Positions 58,651 through 64,000 of a stretch of 64,000 nucleotides of DNA are shown here, piece after piece. The notes below the pieces were generated by a model. It did not search any database. It was not told the origin of the DNA and saw only the letters and a program-made list of their open reading frames with translations. The DNA lies in NCBI GenBank assembly GCA_902560065.1, contig CACEKG010000001.1, positions 70,308 through 134,307 of the forward strand, written 5' to 3'. The stretch comes from an uncultured Bacteroidota bacterium (GTDB taxonomy: Bacteria; Bacteroidota; Bacteroidia; Flavobacteriales; Flavobacteriaceae). Position 1 is the first letter of the stretch, and the number at the start of each line of letters is the position of its first letter. Made by a program: the position numbers and the translations under genes.

Positions 58651-60168
58651 ATGCCAGTTCCATTATTTAATTCAATAGCCTCATGGTTTTTAAAAAAAAG
58701 AATCCATCAAATGGAGCTATTTATTAAATACCCAATTGAAGTTCAAAAAGAACTTTTGGATACATTAATTAAAAATGCTAGAGAAACAGAAATAGGAAAA
58801 CTATATGATTTTAATTCAATTAAAAATTATGAATCTTTTAAAAATAGAGTTCCAATAGTCGACTATGATAAAATTGAAAATTTAATTAATAGATCAAGAA
58901 AAGGAGAACAAAATATATTTTGGCCTTCACAAATTAAATGGTTTGCAAAATCAAGTGGAACTACAAACTCAAAAAGTAAATTTATACCTGTTAGTAATGA
59001 ATCTCTTGAAGATTGTCACTATAAAGCTGGTAAAGATATGCTTTCAATTTATTTTAATAATAATGAAGATTCTCAACTACTTAGTGGTAAAAGTCTTAGA
59101 TTAGGTGGAAGTAGAGAACTTTACAATGATAATAACACATATTTTGGTGATCTTTCCGCAATAATTATTGATAATCTTCCTTTCTGGGCAGAATTAAGTA
59201 GTACCCCTAGTCATAAAGTTTCATTAATGTCTGAATGGGAATCTAAAATGAAGGCAATTATAAAAGAATCAATCCCTGAAAATGTAACTAGTCTAGCTGG
59301 TGTTCCTTCATGGATGCTTGTTTTATTAAATAATTTAATTAAAAAAACTAATAAAAATAATATACTGGAAATATGGCCTAATCTTGAAGTTTACTTCCAT
59401 GGAGGTATAAATTTTAACCCCTATAAAAGTGAGTATCAAAAATTATTTCCTAATAAAAATTTTAAATATTATGAAATTTATAACGCCTCTGAAGGTTTTT
59501 TCGGAATTCAAGATCAAAATAATTCAGATGAACTTTTACTAATGCTTGATTATGGAATTTTTTATGAATTTATTCCTTTAAATTCTAAAAACGAATATGA
59601 TGAAGAAAATATAGTTAGCCTTGAAGAAATTGAACTATATATTAACTATGCAATAGTAATTTCAACAAACGCAGGATTATGGAGATACAAAATTGGTGAT
59701 ACTATTGAGTTTACATGTAAAAATCCATATAGAATAAAAGTTACTGGAAGAATTAAACATCATATTAATACTTTTGGTGAAGAACTCATAATTGATAACG
59801 CTGAAAATGCTTTGTCAAAAGTTTTATATATAACCAATTCTGAAATTGTTGATTATACAGCAGCGCCAATTTTCATGAAAAATAAGAACGAAGGTGCACA
59901 TGAATGGATGATTGAATTCAAAAAAAATCCAAAAAATATTGAAGAATTTACTTTTTTATTAGATAAAGAGTTGAAAAAACAAAATTCTGATTATGAAGCT
60001 AAAAGATATAAAAATTTAACTCTAAATATTCCAAAAATAAATATTGCCAAAAAAGGTCTTTTTTATAATTGGCTAAAAAAAAATAATAAATTAGGAGGTC
60101 AGCACAAAATCCCTAGGTTGTCAAATAAAAGAACTTTTATAGAAGAATTAAAAAAAATGAATAATTAA
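58651..60168 (+). CDS. GH3 auxin-responsive-promoter family protein (JAR1-like acyl-adenylate-forming enzyme fold)
   Basis: [14 protein letters not shown] adenylation-type motif and [20 protein letters not shown] prefer the ATG at 58651 ([20 protein letters not shown]) over the TTG at 58627. Confidence 0.8.
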   Translation: MPVPLFNSIASWFLKKRIHQMELFIKYPIEVQKELLDTLIKNARETEIGKLYDFNSIKNYESFKNRVPIVDYDKIENLINRSRKGEQNIFWPSQIKWFAKSSGTTNSKSKFIPVSNESLEDCHYKAGKDMLSIYFNNNEDSQLLSGKSLRLGGSRELYNDNNTYFGDLSAIIIDNLPFWAELSSTPSHKVSLMSEWESKMKAIIKESIPENVTSLAGVPSWMLVLLNNLIKKTNKNNILEIWPNLEVYFHGGINFNPYKSEYQKLFPNKNFKYYEIYNASEGFFGIQDQNNSDELLLMLDYGIFYEFIPLNSKNEYDEENIVSLEEIELYINYAIVISTNAGLWRYKIGDTIEFTCKNPYRIKVTGRIKHHINTFGEELIIDNAENALSKVLYITNSEIVDYTAAPIFMKNKNEGAHEWMIEFKKNPKNIEEFTFLLDKELKKQNSDYEAKRYKNLTLNIPKINIAKKGLFYNWLKKNNKLGGQHKIPRLSNKRTFIEELKKMNN

Positions 60169-61391
60169 GAAACCACTCTTAATTTTGGCATTTGAATTTT
60201 TGAAAGTTTTTGATCGACATAAGCTTTTGTAATTGTAAGTTTACTTTCATCTGAGTCAGGGCTTTCAAACATTGCATCGGTTAATATCGATTCACACAAA
60301 GATCTTAAACCTCTTGCTCCTAATTTATATTCCATTGCTTTTTTAACAATAGAATCCAAAGCTGAAGAAGTAAATTTAAGATCGATAGAATCCATTTCAA
60401 ACAATTTTTCGTATTGTTTTATTAATGAATTTCTTGGCTTAGTTAAAATTTGTTTGAGGGCAAAATGATCTAATGGGTTTAAATATGTAAGAACTGGAAG
60501 TCTTCCAATAATTTCGGGAATTAAACCAAAAGACCTAATATCTTTAGGAGTTATATGTTGTAATATATTACTATGATTTATATTTTCTTTTTCAATTTCA
60601 GTTTTATAACCTATAGATTTAAGGTTTAAACGCTTATTTATTTTTGTTTCAATACCATTAAAAGCCCCTCCGGCTATGAAAAGAATATTTGATGTATCTA
60701 ATTCAATAAATTTTTGATCTGGGTGTTTTCTTCCCCCTTTTGGCGGAACATTAACTATAGTTCCTTCAAGAAGCTTTAAAAGAGCTTGTTGAACACCTTC
60801 TCCAGAAACATCTCTAGTTATTGAGGGATTATCACTTTTTCTAGCTATTTTATCAATTTCATCTATAAAAACTATTCCATACTGAGCTTTTTCTATATTA
60901 TAATCAGCCGCTTGAAGAAGTCTTGTTAATATACTTTCTACGTCTTCTCCAACATAACCAGCTTCAGTAAGTACAGTAGCATCAACAATTGCCAATGGAA
61001 CATTTAATAATCTTGATATAGTTTGTGCTAAAAGAGTTTTTCCTGTACCAGTTTCACCAACTAAAAGTAAATTACTCTTTTGAATTTCTAAATCATTTTT
61101 TGAATCAAGGTGAATTATCCTCTTATAATGATTATACACAGCAACAGATAAAACTTTTTTTGCATTTTCTTGTCCAATTACATATTCATCTAGAAACTCC
61201 TTAATCTTTTTTGGTTTTTTTAAATCAAAACTAAAATTACTCTCAACTTTTTCCTTAGAATCTTCCTCAATAATTCCATTTGCTTGAACAATGCACCGAT
61301 CACATATATGAGCATCTAAACCTGCAATTAAAAGATTTGTGTCAGATTTAGATCTGCCACAAAAAGAACAATTTAATTCAGATTTACTCAT
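60165..61391 (-). CDS. clpX: ATP-dependent Clp protease ATP-binding subunit ClpX
   Basis: N-terminal zinc finger CSFCGR...CDRC and Walker A GETGTGKT. Lies directly downstream of clpP. Confidence 0.95.
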   Translation of the reverse strand: MSKSELNCSFCGRSKSDTNLLIAGLDAHICDRCIVQANGIIEEDSKEKVESNFSFDLKKPKKIKEFLDEYVIGQENAKKVLSVAVYNHYKRIIHLDSKNDLEIQKSNLLLVGETGTGKTLLAQTISRLLNVPLAIVDATVLTEAGYVGEDVESILTRLLQAADYNIEKAQYGIVFIDEIDKIARKSDNPSITRDVSGEGVQQALLKLLEGTIVNVPPKGGRKHPDQKFIELDTSNILFIAGGAFNGIETKINKRLNLKSIGYKTEIEKENINHSNILQHITPKDIRSFGLIPEIIGRLPVLTYLNPLDHFALKQILTKPRNSLIKQYEKLFEMDSIDLKFTSSALDSIVKKAMEYKLGARGLRSLCESILTDAMFESPDSDESKLTITKAYVDQKLSKIQMPKLRVVS

Positions 61392-61403
61392 TATATTATT
61401 AAT

Positions 61404-62066
61404 TTATGATGATTTTTTCAAAACTTCATCAACCATTCCGTAAGATTTTGCTTCAGATGCTTTCATCCAATAATCTCTATCACTGTCATTAGTTACTTTT
61501 TCTATGTCTTGACCTGAATGTTTAGAGATAATTTGATACAACTCATCTTTTAATTTAAGTATTTGTCTAGCAGTAATTTCAATATCAGATGCTTGACCTT
61601 GTGCACCTCCTATAGGTTGATGAATCATAACTCTTGCATGAGGAAGAGCTGATCGTTTTCCTGATTTTCCTGCACAAAGCAGAACAGCTCCCATTGAAGC
61701 AGCAATTCCAGTGCAAATTGTGGCAACATCAGGTGAAACAAATTGCATCGTATCATATATCCCCAAACCAGCGTAAACACTACCTCCAGGTGAGTTTATA
61801 TACATTTGAATATCTCGAGAAGAGTCCGTACTTTGCAGAAATAGAAGTTGAGCCTGAATAATATTTGCTACTGCATCATCTATTGCAGTTCCTAAAAACA
61901 TTATACGATCCATCATAAGTCTTGAAAAAACATCCATTTGTGCAACGTTTAATTGCCTCTCCTCTATAATGTAGGGTGTCATACTACTAACTATTTTATC
62001 ATAGTACATTGAATTGATACCCTGATCTTTAACAGCAAATTTTTTAAACTCTTTTCCGTAGTCCAT
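61404..62066 (-). CDS. clpP: ATP-dependent Clp protease proteolytic subunit ClpP
   Basis: GIAASMGA (catalytic Ser) and MIHQP (His) motifs. Confidence 0.95.
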   Translation of the reverse strand: MDYGKEFKKFAVKDQGINSMYYDKIVSSMTPYIIEERQLNVAQMDVFSRLMMDRIMFLGTAIDDAVANIIQAQLLFLQSTDSSRDIQMYINSPGGSVYAGLGIYDTMQFVSPDVATICTGIAASMGAVLLCAGKSGKRSALPHARVMIHQPIGGAQGQASDIEITARQILKLKDELYQIISKHSGQDIEKVTNDSDRDYWMKASEAKSYGMVDEVLKKSS

Positions 62067-62098
62067 CTTTTTTAATTTAGTTCAAAATTATATAAAAT

Positions 62099-63430
62099 TT
62101 ATTTAGATTTACCATAAGCCTCTTCAATGAACTTATCAAAGCTTATTTTTTTTACTTTTAAAGGTGCTTTTTCTTTATAAAAATTTAACAATTTCTGACT
62201 CATTAATTGATCAGAAATTCTTTTCATTTCATCCTTTTTGGAAAGTATATTAGAAACTATTCCTTCAACTTGTTTTTCTTCAGGAACCTGTCCATACTGA
62301 AACATTTGATTTTTAACCATATTTGAGGCGAATTTTTTTAATTCGTCTGAATTTAACTCTAATTTATTTTCATTTATTATTTTAGATTCAATAATCTGAT
62401 ACCGAATTCCTTTTTCTGATCTTTTAAATTCTTCCTCTGAATCATTTTCATTGATATCTTTTTTATTTGAAAATTGCATCCACTTTTTCAAGAACGCTTC
62501 TGGTAATTTAAATTTTATTTTATCTATTAAAGTCTCTGAAATATCATTCAATAATTTTTGATCTGACTGAGGTTTAAACTGATTTTTTAATCCATCCCTA
62601 ATTTTATTTTTAAAATCATTTTCACTTTTTACAGAACCTGGCTCATATAGTTTATTAAAAAAAATTTCATCCAATTCGGCTGGAACTCTTTCATTTATTT
62701 CTTTAATGTCTATGGATATGTTTCCATTTATTTGATCTATTTTATCTTCATCTAATTTCAGAATTTGTTTAGCTAAAGATTTATCCTTAAAAAACCCATT
62801 GAATTCAAACTCATAAACTTTTCCTTTTGAATAATTTTCTAATTTTTTTATGTTTTTGGTGTCCTTTAAATCATTTAGCTTAAAAGTTGCAAGAGTATTT
62901 AAGTTTAATTCTTCATTTTTAAAATTTGCAGTAATTTCATAATCTTTTTTTGGTCTTTTTTGAGATACCAACTTACCATATTGATTTCTTAATTGTAACA
63001 TTTGTTCTAAAACCATTTTTTTATCTGGATCTATATCATATCTAATAACATTTTTTAAATTTGAAAGGTTTACTTTAAAGATAGGTTTTAACCCAATCTC
63101 AAACTCAAAATTATTTGATTCTAGTTTCCAATTTATTTGGTTATTTGAATCTTTAGGTATAGGGTTTCCTAAAATATCAATTTTTTCTTTTTTTAAATAA
63201 TTCTCGAGTTTTGAAGAAATTAGTTTATTTACTTCATCAGCTATAATGATAGATTCATATTTTTTTTTAATTAATCCCAATGGAACATGCCCTTTTCTAA
63301 AACCAGGAATATTGGCTTTTTTTCTATAGTCCTTTAAAATTTTCAAAACATTTTCTTGATAATCAGTTTCTTTAACAGTAATATTTATTACTCCATTTAA
63401 ATCATCAATTTTTTTATGATTAATTTCCAC
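62099..63430 (-). CDS. tig: Trigger factor
   Basis: 443 aa. N-terminal ribosome-binding signature IPGFRKGHVP. Classic tig-clpP-clpX order. Confidence 0.85.
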   Translation of the reverse strand: MEINHKKIDDLNGVINITVKETDYQENVLKILKDYRKKANIPGFRKGHVPLGLIKKKYESIIIADEVNKLISSKLENYLKKEKIDILGNPIPKDSNNQINWKLESNNFEFEIGLKPIFKVNLSNLKNVIRYDIDPDKKMVLEQMLQLRNQYGKLVSQKRPKKDYEITANFKNEELNLNTLATFKLNDLKDTKNIKKLENYSKGKVYEFEFNGFFKDKSLAKQILKLDEDKIDQINGNISIDIKEINERVPAELDEIFFNKLYEPGSVKSENDFKNKIRDGLKNQFKPQSDQKLLNDISETLIDKIKFKLPEAFLKKWMQFSNKKDINENDSEEEFKRSEKGIRYQIIESKIINENKLELNSDELKKFASNMVKNQMFQYGQVPEEKQVEGIVSNILSKKDEMKRISDQLMSQKLLNFYKEKAPLKVKKISFDKFIEEAYGKSK

Positions 63431-63627
63431 AATAATAGATTTAATTAGGTGCGCAAAAATACAATGATTTTATTACTGCACCAAAGTTTAAAAAAGTTAC
63501 TTTTTTAATTTAAACATAATAAAAAAATCAATAAATCAAATATTTAAAATTTATAAAAAAATAAATAATATATTTGCATTCTGAATTAATAATTGTGGGT
63601 CGTGAACCCTCTTAAAATTAATATGAT

Positions 63628-64000
63628 ATGCCTGTAAAAATTAGACTTCAAAGACATGGTAAAAAAGGAAAGCCCTTTTATTGGATTGTAGCAGCTGATT
63701 CAAGATCAAAAAGAGATGGTCGTTACTTGGAAAAAATTGGAACATATAATCCTAATACCAACCCTGCAAATGTTGAAATTAATCAAGAAAGTGCAATAAA
63801 CTGGTTAGAAAAAGGAGCCCAACCAACTGATACTGCTCGAACACTCCTTTCTTATAAAGGAATACTATTAAAACATCATTTAAATAAAGGAGTAAAAAAA
63901 GGAGCTTTAACAGAAGATGAAGCTGATAAGAAATTTGAATTATGGCTCAAAGAAAAAGATAAAAAGATTAAAGCCAAAATAGATCGCTTAGCAAAAGAAA
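63628..64000 (+). CDS. rpsP: 30S ribosomal protein S16 (3' end beyond the window)
   Basis: My own translation is [42 protein letters not shown]... The frame stays open to the window edge, consistent with the long Bacteroidota-type S16. Confidence 0.85.
   Translation, partial: MPVKIRLQRHGKKGKPFYWIVAADSRSKRDGRYLEKIGTYNPNTNPANVEINQESAINWLEKGAQPTDTARTLLSYKGILLKHHLNKGVKKGALTEDEADKKFELWLKEKDKKIKAKIDRLAKE

Noticed and set aside
19867-60168. Several convergent or tandem gene-end overlaps (19867-19878, 30746-30759, 53445-53457, 54046-54080, 57062-57081, 57804-57811, 60165-60168), considered as signs of frameshifts or pseudogenes.
   Set aside because: All the ORFs involved are full length with intact family motifs. 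Short overlaps are normal in compact, streamlined genomes, and some shrink when alternative starts are used.
525-61861. About 30 short ORF-track entries that lie antisense to, or nested inside, longer homology-supported genes. They are 525-797, 933-1199, 2294-2509, 2513-2704, 5309-5779, 6985-7215, 9351-9569, 20718-20909, 20756-20977, 21663-21845, 25697-25885, 28690-28914, 32456-32716, 33840-34031, 35124-35312, 35550-35759, 35775-35957, 37581-37811, 38402-38611, 39570-39791, 40257-40493, 41346-41669, 41473-41697, 43380-43592, 45066-45257, 45916-46203, 46618-46830, 48494-48697, 57031-57231 and 61634-61861.
   Set aside because: Each overlaps a much longer ORF with clear family motifs. Their translations are low-complexity (Ser/Ile/Phe/Leu/Lys-rich), as expected for shadow frames in an AT-rich genome. 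None has a recognisable motif.
1-64000. A search by eye for CRISPR arrays, tandem repeats and rRNA.
   Set aside because: I saw no regularly spaced direct repeats and no rRNA-like conserved blocks. The only repetitive DNA-level similarities found are the paralogous gene pairs and the plug duplication reported above. A manual scan of 64 kb cannot exclude short dispersed repeats.

Overview
This is an AT-rich (about 30% GC by spot counts), very gene-dense chromosomal segment that looks like a marine Bacteroidota, probably Flavobacteriia. Support: a SusC/SusD pair, many lipoprotein-type signal peptides, GH3-auxin-family and DUF2797 genes, a tig-clpP-clpX cluster and a long S16. I found about 55 protein genes, 3 tRNAs (Ser-GGA, Leu-TAA, Gly-GCC) and a few intrinsic terminators. 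I saw no rRNA, CRISPR array, transposase, integrase or phage genes. Positions 1-2.7 kb hold an ExbB/ExbD cluster and an XRE regulator paired with a membrane protein. Positions 4-49 kb form a glycan-utilisation and accessory region: GH3, two GH20-type genes, GH29, SusC/SusD, a VCBS/ASPIC protein, GH16, CotH, an EEP-family protein and an M20 hydrolase. Housekeeping genes interrupt it at 17.7-26 kb (CDP-alcohol phosphatidyltransferase, tatD, sucAB, umuCD-like). Positions 50-64 kb are housekeeping: mutS, trmH-like, dNK, folK, sppA, yhhQ-like, a pseudouridine synthase, clpXP, tig and rpsP. The items most worth a second look are: (1) two paralogous PSCyt/DUF1553 + DUF1501 modules of unknown function, each directly behind glycan-degrading genes; the second extends into a four-gene operon with a Tat-exported propeller and a membrane cytochrome-c/LRR protein. 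(2) A GH29 fucosidase fused in frame to a TonB-receptor plug domain that closely resembles the plug of the SusC gene about 6 kb away. (3) An unannotated 30-codon ORF encoding a peptide with 11 cysteines, divergent from a Kazal-like small lipoprotein. (4) A GC-rich, structured non-coding segment beside the tRNA pair. All functional calls rest on motifs I recognise in the translations. No database search was run.
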